64,000 nt of DNA from Coriobacteriaceae bacterium (GTDB taxonomy: Bacteria > Actinomycetota > Coriobacteriia > Anaerosomatales > SLCP01). Below are positions 36,622 to 46,769 of the stretch, piece by piece. The position numbers were made by a program, and so were the translations under genes. The stretch's first letter is position 1. Each line of letters begins with the position of its first letter. A model generated the notes under the pieces. That model was not told the origin of the DNA. It searched no databases and was given only the letters and a program-made list of their open reading frames with translations. The stretch is taken from positions 753 to 64,752 of the forward strand of contig PWVH01000050.1 in NCBI GenBank assembly GCA_003563465.1. The letters are read 5' to 3'.

Positions 36622-39327
36622 TCATCGGTTATCCGAGCCTTCGGTGTCTTCTTCCGCGATGGTCGATTGAGCGGCCGCAAGACGCGCGAGTGGCACGCGA
36701 TAGGGTGAGCAGGACACGTAGTCGAGCCCGATCTCGTCGAACACCTTCACCGACTCGGGGTCTCCGCCGTGTTCGCCGCAGACTCCCAACTTGATGTCCG
36801 CGTTCGATTCGCGACCCAGTTCGCATCCTTTCTCCACGAGTTTGGCCACGCCTACATCGATGGTCTCGAAAGGATTGCGAAGGAGTATCTTGCGATCCAG
36901 GTATCGCGGCAAGAACTTCCCCTCTATGTCGTCACGCGAAAAACCGAAGGTCGTCTGCGTGAGATCGTTCGTGCCGAAAGAGAAGAAGTCCGCAACCTCG
37001 GCGATACGATCCGCCATCACCGCCGCCCGAGGCAGTTCGATCATGGTGCCGATCGGTACCGAGACTTCCGTGCCGCATTCCTCCGATACCTCCGAAAGAA
37101 CGGCCTCGGTCTCGGCACGCAACGTCTCCAGCTCGGCCTTGATGGCCACGAGTGGGATCATGATCTCGGGCATCGGGTTCTTCCCCGCCTGCTTGAGCTG
37201 ACAGGCGGCCCTCGCGATTGCACGCACCTGCATGGCGTATATCTCTGGGTACATCAGGCCGAGACGGCAACCGCGCAAGCCCAGCATGGGGTTGGCCTCT
37301 ACCATCTGATCGATCTGACTCAGCAGCTTGCGCTTGGACTCAAGCTCGCTCTCAGGTGCGCCCTCACATTCCGCTCGTGCGATCTCGACCGCCAGCTCGC
37401 GCGGAGCGTCAAGAAACTCGTGGAGCGGAGGATCGAGCAGCCGAATCGTCACTGGCAGGCCGTCCATCGCTTCCAAGATGCCGAGGTAGTCCTCGGTCTG
37501 CACCTCTAGAAGCTTCGCCAGCGCAGTATCCCGCGCAGAGTCGTCCTCGGCTAGGATCATATCCTGGACGATAGATTTCCGGGTTCCGAGGAACATGTGC
37601 TCCGTCCGACAAAGCCCGATTCCAGCTGCGCCGAACTTGCGGCCCAAGGCTGCGTCGTCCGGCGTGTCGGCGTTGGCGCGCACGCCCATGCGACGGAAGT
37701 CGTCTGCCCAGCTCAAGATAGTGTCGAAATCCCCGGATACCTCTGGTGAGACCAGTTCGACTGCCCCAAGGACGACCACACCCGTGGTGCCGTTGATCGA
37801 AATGACCGTTCCTTCGGAAAGCACCGCGTCCGACCCCGAGACCACAGCCTGCTTCTTGGTCGAATCGATCTTGAGCTCCTCCGCCCCGCACACGCACGGC
37901 TTCCCCATTCCGCGCGCTACGACGGCAGCATGCGAGGTCTTCCCTCCGTGCGAGGTGAGGATGCCATCGGCAGCGATCATACCGTGCAGGTCGTCTGGAG
38001 TCGTCTCCCAGCGCACGAGAATCGCATTGCGGCCGGAGCTGGCGGCTTCTTCGGCATCCTCGGCTGTGAAAACCACCTCACCGACGGCCGCACCAGGAGA
38101 GGCGTTCAGGCCCTTCACGAGTGTCTCGTACGTCGCATTCTCGTCGAACTGAGGATGCAAGAGCTGGTCGAGTTGCTCTGGATCGATGCGTAATACGGCC
38201 TCCTCACGGCTGATGAGGCCCTCATCCACCATTTCGACCGCGATCCTGAGTGCCGCCTTCGCGGTGCGCTTGCCGACACGTGTCTGCAGCATCCAAAGCT
38301 TACCCTGTTCGATCGTGAACTCTATGTCGCACATGTCGCGATAATGGTTCTCCAGCTTGGTAAAGACCGTCTCGAGTTCTTGTGCCACTTCTGGCAGCTC
38401 GTTGTGGAGTTCGGCTATCGGTGTCGTGTTTCTGATACCAGCTACGACATCTTCTCCCTGTGCATTTAGAAGGTAATCGCCGTAGAACTCCTTTGTGCCG
38501 TCCGCGGGATTACGAGTGAAGGCTACGCCGGTCCCGCTGGTCTCGCCCTTATTGCCGAAGACCATCGCCTGCACGTTGACCGCGGTGCCAAGGTCGTCGG
38601 GAATCCGATACAGCCTCCGATAGTCTATCGCGCGACGGTTCATCCACGACTTGAAGACCGCCTCGATGGCCAGACGGAGCTGTGACTGGACGTCCTGGGG
38701 AAAGCTGACTTTGCCGTCTTCGGCGAGCTCGGGAAACTCCTCGGCAGAAACGTGCGTGGCCACAATCTCTTCGAACTGTCCTACCAGCTTTTCAAGATCC
38801 GCTGCGGAGAGTTCCGTATCGCTTTTCACACCCCTGGCCTGGCGCATAGTAGACAGCGCGTTCTCGAACAGTTCGCCCTCGACACCAAGCACTACCTTGG
38901 AGAACATCTGTATGAAACGACGGTAAGAATCCCATGCGAATCGCTCGTTGCCGGTCTGCTCGATGAGTCCACGAACCGAAGTCTCGTTCAGCCCGAGGTT
39001 TAAGATGGTGTCCATCATTCCGGGCATCGAAAAGGCCGCACCGGAGCGCACGGAGACAAGCAAAGGGTCCTCGGCGTCTCCGAGACGCTTGCTCATCTCC
39101 TCTTCCAGGTCGGCCACGTGTGCGGCGATCTCGGCCTCCAGGTTCTCCGGAAACCGATTGCCCGCTTCGTAGTACTCCACACACGCCTGGCAGGTGATCG
39201 TGAATCCAGGAGGCACCGGCAAACCAAGCTTGGTCATCTCGGCTAGGTTGGCGCCCTTTCCACCGAGGACATACTTCATCGAGGCGTCGCCCTCACGAAA
39301 CCCGTATACACGCTTCTGCTCGGACAT
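36622..39327 (-). CDS. ppdK: Pyruvate, phosphate dikinase
   Basis: 901 aa. It starts with GGKGANLAEM, has the phospho-His/regulatory Thr segment GGKTSHAAVVARGMGKPCV, and has FFSFGTNDLTQ in the PEP-utiliser TIM barrel. Confidence 0.95.
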   Translation of the reverse strand: MSEQKRVYGFREGDASMKYVLGGKGANLAEMTKLGLPVPPGFTITCQACVEYYEAGNRFPENLEAEIAAHVADLEEEMSKRLGDAEDPLLVSVRSGAAFSMPGMMDTILNLGLNETSVRGLIEQTGNERFAWDSYRRFIQMFSKVVLGVEGELFENALSTMRQARGVKSDTELSAADLEKLVGQFEEIVATHVSAEEFPELAEDGKVSFPQDVQSQLRLAIEAVFKSWMNRRAIDYRRLYRIPDDLGTAVNVQAMVFGNKGETSGTGVAFTRNPADGTKEFYGDYLLNAQGEDVVAGIRNTTPIAELHNELPEVAQELETVFTKLENHYRDMCDIEFTIEQGKLWMLQTRVGKRTAKAALRIAVEMVDEGLISREEAVLRIDPEQLDQLLHPQFDENATYETLVKGLNASPGAAVGEVVFTAEDAEEAASSGRNAILVRWETTPDDLHGMIAADGILTSHGGKTSHAAVVARGMGKPCVCGAEELKIDSTKKQAVVSGSDAVLSEGTVISINGTTGVVVLGAVELVSPEVSGDFDTILSWADDFRRMGVRANADTPDDAALGRKFGAAGIGLCRTEHMFLGTRKSIVQDMILAEDDSARDTALAKLLEVQTEDYLGILEAMDGLPVTIRLLDPPLHEFLDAPRELAVEIARAECEGAPESELESKRKLLSQIDQMVEANPMLGLRGCRLGLMYPEIYAMQVRAIARAACQLKQAGKNPMPEIMIPLVAIKAELETLRAETEAVLSEVSEECGTEVSVPIGTMIELPRAAVMADRIAEVADFFSFGTNDLTQTTFGFSRDDIEGKFLPRYLDRKILLRNPFETIDVGVAKLVEKGCELGRESNADIKLGVCGEHGGDPESVKVFDEIGLDYVSCSPYRVPLARLAAAQSTIAEEDTEGSDNR

Positions 39328-39434
39328 CTATAACCCCCTCACAAGCTGGGACCGACAACTTCGGGCCGGACTCGAACGGCGAAACGCGAAGAACTCCACA
39401 CCCAGGCAGCGACAAGAAGGTTCGCCGCTGGCTC

Positions 39435-40295
39435 TCACAACTCAAGATAGCGGATTATCTCCTGCGCTGTCTCCTCTACCGCCCGGTTTCCCGTGTCCAC
39501 GATGGCGCAACCGATACGTCGCATCACAGCTCGAGCTGAATCGAGTTCCCGAGCCACCGCGTCAGGCTCGGCGTACTGCTTCGCATAGCCGCCTAGTTCG
39601 CTCAGCCGCTGATTCCGAACGGACACCAGAAGGTCCGAATCGCTAACCAGTCCGAACACGCGCCTTCTATCGACTTCGAACAGCTGCGGGGGTGGATCCA
39701 CCTCGGGCAGCAGAGGGATGTTTGCGGCTTTGTACCCCTTGAATGCCAGATACATCGACAGCGGGGTCTTTCCGATACGGGAAACCCCGATCAGCACGAT
39801 CTCAGCCTCGGCGAGTCCTCCGATGTTACGTCCGTCATCGTGCTTGACGGCGAACTCCCACGCCTCGATGCGTTGGAAGTATCCCCGATCGGTTCTGCGA
39901 ATAGCCCCTGCTTCCCCTCTGGGCTTCACTCCAGAAGCTTGGTAAAGCACGCTCACAGCGCTGCCAAGGATGTCGACCGCGGGTAGATCGACTGCGGACA
40001 CGACCTCGTGCATACGATCACGCAGCCTCGCATCCGCCAGCGTGTAGAACAGCACGCACCTGTGCTCGCGGACCGAACGCACGACTTCTTCGAGCGATCC
40101 CGCCGAAGCGACCTTCGGAAAACGCACTACCTTGAAGGTCTCGGGTGGGAACTGACTCGCCGCAGCACGCGCGACTAGATCCGCCGTCTCGCCCAGCGAG
40201 TCCGACAGGATGTAAATCCGCACCGGCTCGTGACCTTCCACGAACCCCTCCCATGTCCGAGGCTTGGGCAACAAAGCTCTACTGAAGGCGGCCAA
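39435..40295 (-). CDS. Bifunctional kinase/pyrophosphorylase regulatory protein (PDRP/PSRP, DUF299)
   Basis: 286 aa. It has a P-loop-like LIGVSRIGKTPLSMYLA. It lies immediately upstream of ppdK. Confidence 0.85.
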   Translation of the reverse strand: MAAFSRALLPKPRTWEGFVEGHEPVRIYILSDSLGETADLVARAAASQFPPETFKVVRFPKVASAGSLEEVVRSVREHRCVLFYTLADARLRDRMHEVVSAVDLPAVDILGSAVSVLYQASGVKPRGEAGAIRRTDRGYFQRIEAWEFAVKHDDGRNIGGLAEAEIVLIGVSRIGKTPLSMYLAFKGYKAANIPLLPEVDPPPQLFEVDRRRVFGLVSDSDLLVSVRNQRLSELGGYAKQYAEPDAVARELDSARAVMRRIGCAIVDTGNRAVEETAQEIIRYLEL

Positions 40296-40330
40296 TTCGC
40301 CTCTCTGCGGCGCCGAACTCTCTCGCCACC

Positions 40331-42400
40331 CTAACCAGCCAATCTCCTGAAGTCGGCAAAACTCTCGAAGAGCGCCACGAATCTATTCAGCAACCGGAGA
40401 CGGTTGACACGCAATTCTTCCTCGGGAGCCATCACGAGCACGTTGTCGAAGAACGCATCGATCGGGCCTCTGAGCGATGCAAGCACCCCGAGGGTTGACG
40501 CGTGATCTCCCGCTGCAAGAGACTTCGCTGCACGCTCCTCGGCATCTGCGAGAGCTTCGGTGAGCGCAGCCTCCTCGGTGCCCATCAGATTCGGATCGGC
40601 TGCGGTGCCCAAAGTCTCCTCGGCAAGGTTCTTCGCACGAGTGAACGCGATCGACAGATTCTCCATGACATCGCTTTCGGCACGTAGAGCACTGAGCGCT
40701 TCACAACGTGCAAGCGCATCGGCAGGGTCGTCCGCAGCCACGCCGAGGATGGCGGCAACGGTATCGTAGGCATGGCCCTTGTCACGAAGGATGCCTTCGA
40801 AACGTCCGGTGATGAACTCCTTGACAGCAGGACCTACCGTGTTCCTATCGATATCCAGCGTCACCGAGTATCCGTCAAAGGCCGCACTGATGGCCTCATC
40901 CAGGGTAAGCGGCATACCGTCAAGCACGATGCCGAGAATACCCAACGCTCCTCGGCGTAATGCGTATGGATCCGCAGAACCTGTCGGCACCATTCCGATC
41001 GCGAATATCCCGCAGATGATATCGAGCTTGTCGGCGATCGAGACCAGGCGGCCTGCTGAGCTCTGCGGAAGCGCGTCACCGGCAAAGCGCGGCTGGTAGT
41101 GCTCCGGAATAGCGTTGGCGACGGACTCGCTTTCCCCGGCAGCCAACGCATAGTAGCGGCCCATCACCCCCTGTAGACTCGGGAACTCCACGACAACCTG
41201 AGTCACCAAGTCGGCTTTGCATAGATGGGCGGCTCGCACGGCCTCGGCGGTTGATGCATGATCGGCGCCCGTCAGCTCGGCCAGACGCGCAGTCAACGCC
41301 TCGACACGAGCGACCCTTGCTCCCAACGTGCCTAGCCTCTCCTGGAAGACGATCGTCTCCAAGTCGGCCACGTATGATTCGAAAGGCCTGGCGAGATCCT
41401 CTTGATAGAAGAAAGCCGCATCCGCGAGACGGGCGCGAATCACACGCTCATGGCCGGCCACGATCTCCTTCGTACGCTCGGGATCTCCGTTGTGTACGAC
41501 GACGAAGTCAGGCAAGAGATCGCCGCCGGGTCCTTCCACAGGAAAGTAGCGCTGGTGGGACTCCATGGCAGTCTCGAGCACCTCACGCGGAACGTCCAAG
41601 AATTCCTCGTCGAAACGCCCGATACCCACAGTGGGCCACTCCACTAGATTGACGACCTCCGCAAAGACCGTCTCGGGAACCACTGCGCTCGCGCCCTGTT
41701 CGGCCACGGCTGAATCGATGCCTTCACGAACGAGCGCAGCCCGCTCGGTGTGGTCGTAGAGGACCAATCCGCGTCTGCATGCCGAGTCGTACTCCGCGAC
41801 AGAACCGACCTCGATAGGTCCGGGGGTAAGGAAGCGATGCCCGTAAGTCGTCCTCCCGGCTTCTAGTCCTGCAAAAGTCACCGGAAGCACCTCTGAGCCG
41901 AAAAGGGCCAGCAGCCAACGGACCGGGCGGCTGAAGCGCGTCTCACCAGAGCCCCATCGCATCGACTTGGACCAGTCGAGACCTGCCACCAGATTGCCAA
42001 GAATGCCCGGAAGCACTTCGATCGCTTCTTGCCCGGGGCTCTCCACGACCGCGTACACGTACGCGCCGCTTTCATCCTCGACACTCTCGAGGTCGGCCAC
42101 GCTAACACCTTTGCCATGAGCGAACCCCTCTGCCGCCTTGGTCGGGTTTCCCTCGGAGTCGAACGCAGCCTTGATGGCGGGACCTCTCACACGCATTGCC
42201 TGGTCGGTCTGCTTCTCAGCCAGGTCCGTTACACGCAAGACGAGACGCCTTGGCGAACCGAACACGTCGACCACACCGTAATCCAGGCGGGCCGCGCTCA
42301 GCATCTCTTCGGCATCTGCCTTCAGCTGCGAGATCGCCTGGTAGAGAGGGTCCGAGGGAATCTCTTCGGCGCCTATCTCAAAGAGCAGCCCTCGCTTCAT
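40331..42400 (-). CDS. glyS: Glycine--tRNA ligase beta subunit
   Basis: 689 aa. It begins [15 protein letters not shown], follows glyQ with a 4-nt overlap, and contains YATPRRL-like GSPRRLVL. Confidence 0.92.
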   Translation of the reverse strand: MKRGLLFEIGAEEIPSDPLYQAISQLKADAEEMLSAARLDYGVVDVFGSPRRLVLRVTDLAEKQTDQAMRVRGPAIKAAFDSEGNPTKAAEGFAHGKGVSVADLESVEDESGAYVYAVVESPGQEAIEVLPGILGNLVAGLDWSKSMRWGSGETRFSRPVRWLLALFGSEVLPVTFAGLEAGRTTYGHRFLTPGPIEVGSVAEYDSACRRGLVLYDHTERAALVREGIDSAVAEQGASAVVPETVFAEVVNLVEWPTVGIGRFDEEFLDVPREVLETAMESHQRYFPVEGPGGDLLPDFVVVHNGDPERTKEIVAGHERVIRARLADAAFFYQEDLARPFESYVADLETIVFQERLGTLGARVARVEALTARLAELTGADHASTAEAVRAAHLCKADLVTQVVVEFPSLQGVMGRYYALAAGESESVANAIPEHYQPRFAGDALPQSSAGRLVSIADKLDIICGIFAIGMVPTGSADPYALRRGALGILGIVLDGMPLTLDEAISAAFDGYSVTLDIDRNTVGPAVKEFITGRFEGILRDKGHAYDTVAAILGVAADDPADALARCEALSALRAESDVMENLSIAFTRAKNLAEETLGTAADPNLMGTEEAALTEALADAEERAAKSLAAGDHASTLGVLASLRGPIDAFFDNVLVMAPEEELRVNRLRLLNRFVALFESFADFRRLAG

Positions 42401-43377
42401 GAAACCGCACCGCCCCCCGCAGCAGCGGCGTCTTCTGCAGGTGCATCGACCTCTCCGGCAGGAAGAATCGACCGCAGATAAGCTTCACAACACGTCTTGG
42501 CTAGGGTGCGCACCCGCCCGATGAAGCTCACTCGTTCGGCTACGGCGATCGCACCACGCGCATCTAGGAGGTTGAAGGCGTGCGAGCACTTGAGAACGTA
42601 GTCGTATGCCGGCAGCGGCGCACCTGCCTCCAGTAGCCTCTTGCACTCGGCCTCGTAGGCATCGAACAGCTTGTAGAGCATCCCGATGTCAGCGAGCTCG
42701 AAGTTGTGTCGCGAGTACTCGAACTCGTTACGCTTGAACACGTCGCCATACGTCACAGGCGGACAGCCATCGGAGCCCTCTACCCACAGCAGGTCGTAGA
42801 CACTGTCCACGCCCTGGATGTACATCGCCAACCGCTCCAAACCATACGTGATCTCCGCAGGAACAGGTCGGCAGTCAAAGCCTCCTACCTGTTGGAAATA
42901 CGTGAATTGAGTGACCTCCATGCCATCGAGCCACACTTCCCAGCCCAAACCCCATGCGCCGAGGGTGGGCGACTCCCAGTCGTCCTCTACCAGGCGGACA
43001 TCGTGATGAGCAGGCTCGATTCCCATAGCCCGCAGCGACTCCCAATAGATGTCCAGTACGTCATCAGGACTCGGCTTCAAGATCACCTGATACTGGTAGT
43101 AGTGTTGAAGACGATTCGGGTTGTCACCATACCTGCCGTCGGTAGGGCGTCGGCTCGGTTGGACGTAAGCGGTCCGCCACGGATCGGGACCCAACGACTT
43201 CAGCGTGGTCGCAGGATGGAACGTGCCCGCTCCAACCTCGGTATCGTACGGCTGCAAGACAACGCATCCCTGATCCGCCCAGTAGTGCGACAGCGAAAGA
43301 ACGATTTCTTGAAAGGTGGTCCCCTCCATCGGCGTGGCGTCTCCTTTCGGGGCGCTTCTGCGCCGGGTCGAAGTCAC
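42397..43377 (-). CDS. glyQ: Glycine--tRNA ligase alpha subunit
   Basis: 326 aa. It contains [24 protein letters not shown] and [19 protein letters not shown]. The start may instead be the internal Met at 43329. Confidence 0.93.
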   Translation of the reverse strand: MTSTRRRSAPKGDATPMEGTTFQEIVLSLSHYWADQGCVVLQPYDTEVGAGTFHPATTLKSLGPDPWRTAYVQPSRRPTDGRYGDNPNRLQHYYQYQVILKPSPDDVLDIYWESLRAMGIEPAHHDVRLVEDDWESPTLGAWGLGWEVWLDGMEVTQFTYFQQVGGFDCRPVPAEITYGLERLAMYIQGVDSVYDLLWVEGSDGCPPVTYGDVFKRNEFEYSRHNFELADIGMLYKLFDAYEAECKRLLEAGAPLPAYDYVLKCSHAFNLLDARGAIAVAERVSFIGRVRTLAKTCCEAYLRSILPAGEVDAPAEDAAAAGGGAVS

Positions 43378-43383
43378 CGTATA

Positions 43384-43947
43384 TTACCGCAATGCGCCTG
43401 CATCTCGTGCAGGGACGTGCACCTTGTCGCTGAGAACGCCCTCCACTGCAGCCTGCGTCTCTTCTGCAAGCCCATCTACCACCAGCAGCAGATAGCGCGA
43501 CGAACTCACGTACAGCAGTAAGTGGCCAGCCGCCTTACGCCAGCGCACCACCTCACTCCAGGCCAACTCGCCATCGCCTTCTGCCGAGGAATAGCAGACT
43601 CCGTCTGGGTTCAGCGAATAGCGCACCGGTACGTAGAGCTGACGCGCAGAGGGAGAGCCGGAGAGCCAGGAAACGTAACCCCACACGACGAGAGGAACCG
43701 CCAGCAGCGTACCGAAGAGACCCAGCGCCTCGGTTCGCAAACCTGACCCGTAGGCTATGAACGCTGCCGCACCTACGATCGCCGGAGCAAAGCGTAGGCG
43801 ACGCGCCGCTAGCTGAATCAACACCCTACGGTATCCGTCCTCCGTGAGAGCGCTTTCGAACTCCACAGAGGCATCCTCCGGCAGACTCTCCGTACGCTTC
43901 TGAGACTTCTCCGGCGTCGTGTCAGCCGGCAGTTCTCCTGACGTCAA
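43384..43947 (-). CDS. YcxB-like membrane protein (two TM helices plus a PH-like C-terminal domain)
   Basis: The ORF is open to 44034, but that part overlaps recO. The TTG at 43947 overlaps the recO TGA as TTGA. It has TM segments and a C-terminal ELAWSEVVRWRKAAGHLLLYVSSSRYLLL. Confidence 0.55.
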   Translation of the reverse strand: MTSGELPADTTPEKSQKRTESLPEDASVEFESALTEDGYRRVLIQLAARRLRFAPAIVGAAAFIAYGSGLRTEALGLFGTLLAVPLVVWGYVSWLSGSPSARQLYVPVRYSLNPDGVCYSSAEGDGELAWSEVVRWRKAAGHLLLYVSSSRYLLLVVDGLAEETQAAVEGVLSDKVHVPARDAGALR

Positions 43948-44711
43948 GATCCCGCACCGTCCGCATAGAAATCCAACGCCTTTATGCGTGCCGACAGATG
44001 ATATCCCACGAACGCCCGGATGAGATCGAAGCATTCCTCGACCGTCCCCTTGGGCCAGTCAGTCTCTGCGATCTCGGCCATTCTAGACCTCAGCATCCAG
44101 CCCAACATCTCGTTGCCCCGCTTCGACAGTCGCGCCACTCCACCAGGACCTGAAGGAATGCCGCACGCGGGACAGAGGACGCCACCGGCCTCAAGCGAGA
44201 AACCCCCTCCCCTGCCGGCGGCCGCATCGCGAGCGCACGAGACACAGGAGTCAAGGTGGGGCCTGTAGCCATGCATTGCCATCGCTTTGAGCAGAAAGGC
44301 CGTCAGGACCGTGTGTACGCGTTCCGTTCTCTCCGTGTGCTCGATAGCACTGAGCGTCGCGTCTGCCAGACCGAACAGCCTCTCCTCTGCCTGACCTTCG
44401 AGAGCGATCTTGTCGAGAACGTCGACGACTACCGATGCTGCGGTCGAACGCTCGTAGTCGTGACGCAACCCGGGATGAAGATTCACCGAACGTGCATCGG
44501 AGATTACCTCAAGATTCCGTCCGGTGTTGAGCATGAGATCCGCCACACATCCGGGTTCGAGTCGGCCAGCGAAGCGCGAGGTGGGCTTACGCATGCCTTT
44601 GGCTACGGCTCGCACGATCCGTCCGTCGGCAGCAAGCAGGGTCAGGATAAGGTCAGCCTCACCGAGCTTGGTCTTCCGAAGCACGAGGGCGCGAAGAGGG
44701 TAAGACGGCAC
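43944..44711 (-). CDS. recO: DNA repair protein RecO
   Basis: 255 aa. It begins ALVLRKTKLGEADLILTLL and has a C4 zinc motif CVSC...CPAC. It lies downstream of era, as in many Gram-positives. Confidence 0.9.
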   Translation of the reverse strand: MPSYPLRALVLRKTKLGEADLILTLLAADGRIVRAVAKGMRKPTSRFAGRLEPGCVADLMLNTGRNLEVISDARSVNLHPGLRHDYERSTAASVVVDVLDKIALEGQAEERLFGLADATLSAIEHTERTERVHTVLTAFLLKAMAMHGYRPHLDSCVSCARDAAAGRGGGFSLEAGGVLCPACGIPSGPGGVARLSKRGNEMLGWMLRSRMAEIAETDWPKGTVEECFDLIRAFVGYHLSARIKALDFYADGAGS

Positions 44712-44720
44712 GGCGCTCCG

Positions 44721-45401
44721 TTACCTCCGATGCTCCAGAGCCTCCAGAATCTCGAGCCCCGAAGAGGAACCAAGACGATCCGCGCCAGCCGCAAGCATCT
44801 CTAAGGCGCCTTCAACGTCACGAATCCCACCCGCGGCCTTCACGCCGACATCCGGTCCTACAGCAGCACGGATTATCTCCACATCCCGCACGCTCGCGCC
44901 ACGCGGCCCGAACCCGCTCGACGTCTTGATGTAGTGTGCTCCGGCCGCAACCGAGATGCGGCTTGCACGATCGACCTCCGCTTCGGACATGTAGCCCGTC
45001 TCCAAGATGACCTTCACGAGCCCCGACCCGCCCGACGAGCGTGCGACCGAATCCACTACCGCGCGGATATCATCTTCGACGAACAAATCCTCGCCTTCCA
45101 AGAAGGCAGCGATGTTCAAGACCATGTCGATCTCAGAACAGCCAAGGTCAAGGAGCAATCGAGCCTCTTCGGCTTTAGTCTCCGTGTTCATGTAGCCGAG
45201 AGGGAAACCGCATACCGAACAGACGACCGTACCGCTTCCGGCCAACTTCTGCGCTGCAAGCGGTACCAGGAAAGGCGATACACAAAGAGCAGCGAACTCC
45301 CGTCCCCTAGAGGCGTCCATCCACTCGGCCGCCTCCGCGAAACCCGCTGTAGGCTTCAGCAGTGTCTGGTCGATCGCCGATGCCAGCTTTGCGACATCCA
45401 T
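44721..45401 (-). CDS. deoC: Deoxyribose-phosphate aldolase
   Basis: It contains IDQTLLKP and has the catalytic Lys context YIKTSSGF and VGVKAAGGIR. The ATG at 45401 has GGAGAGGGG about 10 nt upstream. The ORF is open to 45422. Confidence 0.88.
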   Translation of the reverse strand: MDVAKLASAIDQTLLKPTAGFAEAAEWMDASRGREFAALCVSPFLVPLAAQKLAGSGTVVCSVCGFPLGYMNTETKAEEARLLLDLGCSEIDMVLNIAAFLEGEDLFVEDDIRAVVDSVARSSGGSGLVKVILETGYMSEAEVDRASRISVAAGAHYIKTSSGFGPRGASVRDVEIIRAAVGPDVGVKAAGGIRDVEGALEMLAAGADRLGSSSGLEILEALEHRR

Positions 45402-45405
45402 CACT

Positions 45406-46335
45406 TCAGAGCCCCTCTCCATATCCGAAGCGGCGAACCTGGCTAGCGTCGCGTCGCCAGTTCTGCCTCACCTTGACCATCAGGTCCAGATAGACACTCG
45501 AGCCGAGGAGCCGCTCGAGATCCTTGCGCGCTTCTGTGCCTATGCGCTTGATCATCTCTCCGCCTCTACCCACGATGATTCCCTTCTGGGACTCGCGCTC
45601 AACGTACACGAGTGCCTGCACTCGGGCGAGGTCGGCCTGTTGGTCGAAACTCATGCCCTCTACCGAAACCCCCACCGCGTGAGGAATCTCATCGAAGGTC
45701 GAGCGGAGGATCTTCTCCCGAATGAATTCAGCGACCATGACCTCGAGGGGCTGATCTGTGGCCATATCTGCCGGGAAGTAGCGCGGTCCTGGCGGAAGAT
45801 AGCTCGTCACGACGGTGAGAAAGCCGTCTATGTTGAAACCGGTAAGCGCGGAAACAACGATCTCGTCGTCGAAGCTTCCTAGACCGCGGGCTTGGCTGAG
45901 CTGACTCGGAATCTTTGCGGCGTCGGCGAGATCCGCCTTCGTCAGCACGAGTAGTTTTACCGGTGCTGAGGAGGCCAGTACATGAGCAGCGACCCATCTG
46001 TCACCGGCGCCGACCGCCGCCGTTGAATCGATAAGCAAGCATGCAACGTCTACGTCGGACAGCGCAGCAAGGCTAGAGCGGTTGAGTTCCTCACCCAAAG
46101 CATCCTGAGGCTTGTGCAGGCCTGGAGTGTCAATCAGAACAACCTGTGCGGCATCGGTGTCTACGATCGCACGCAGGCGATGACGAGTGGTCTGAGGGGT
46201 GTCGGAGGTGATCGCTACCTTGGTGCCCATGACTGCGTTCACCAGCGTGGACTTTCCAGAGTTCGGCCGCCCTATCAGAGCGACAAACCCGCTCTTGAAC
46301 AACGGGCCGTTCTCTCTTGTCCCATGCTCATCCAC
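45406..46335 (-). CDS. era: GTPase Era
   Basis: 309 aa. GTPase motifs are GRPNSGKST, DTPG and TKAD. A C-terminal KH domain is present (VERESQKGIIVGRGGEMIKRIG). Confidence 0.95.
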   Translation of the reverse strand: MDEHGTRENGPLFKSGFVALIGRPNSGKSTLVNAVMGTKVAITSDTPQTTRHRLRAIVDTDAAQVVLIDTPGLHKPQDALGEELNRSSLAALSDVDVACLLIDSTAAVGAGDRWVAAHVLASSAPVKLLVLTKADLADAAKIPSQLSQARGLGSFDDEIVVSALTGFNIDGFLTVVTSYLPPGPRYFPADMATDQPLEVMVAEFIREKILRSTFDEIPHAVGVSVEGMSFDQQADLARVQALVYVERESQKGIIVGRGGEMIKRIGTEARKDLERLLGSSVYLDLMVKVRQNWRRDASQVRRFGYGEGL

Positions 46336-46355
46336 TCGGGCGAATCCCGGCTCGA

Positions 46356-46769
46356 CTAGTCATCCTGGTCGAGATAGCCGCGGACGAAGGCCTCAGGCAA
46401 CAGTTCATCGAGGCCGAACACGAGCACTTCGTCCCTTCGCCCACCGATGATCACACGCATGCTGGGGTTGAACTCCGCAAGTGCCTGTCGGCACGCACCG
46501 CAAGGAACCGTAGGTGACTCCGAATCGCCTACCACCGCAACGGCATCGATCTGCGTACAGCCGGCTGCCACCGCGGCCATAAGCGCTCCCCTCTCGGCGC
46601 ACAGACTGGAGCCGTACGCGGCGTTCTCGACGTTTACGCCCTGGAATATCTCGCCAGAGGCATAGACCGCAGCCCCGACGCGGAAATCAGAATATGGCGC
46701 GTACGCGTTGTTCTTGGCCTCCCGCGCAAATGCCAGAAGCGCGAGATCGGGCTGGCTGGGGCTACGCAT
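46356..46769 (-). CDS. cdd: Cytidine deaminase
   Basis: 137 aa with zinc motifs CAERGA and PCGACRQ. Confidence 0.92.
   Translation of the reverse strand: MRSPSQPDLALLAFAREAKNNAYAPYSDFRVGAAVYASGEIFQGVNVENAAYGSSLCAERGALMAAVAAGCTQIDAVAVVGDSESPTVPCGACRQALAEFNPSMRVIIGGRRDEVLVFGLDELLPEAFVRGYLDQDD

Noticed and set aside
39328-39434. Possible regulatory RNA or promoter between the PDRP gene and ppdK
   Set aside because: Only a strong RBS (GAGGGGG) was identifiable. No convincing promoter hexamers or conserved structure could be seen by eye.
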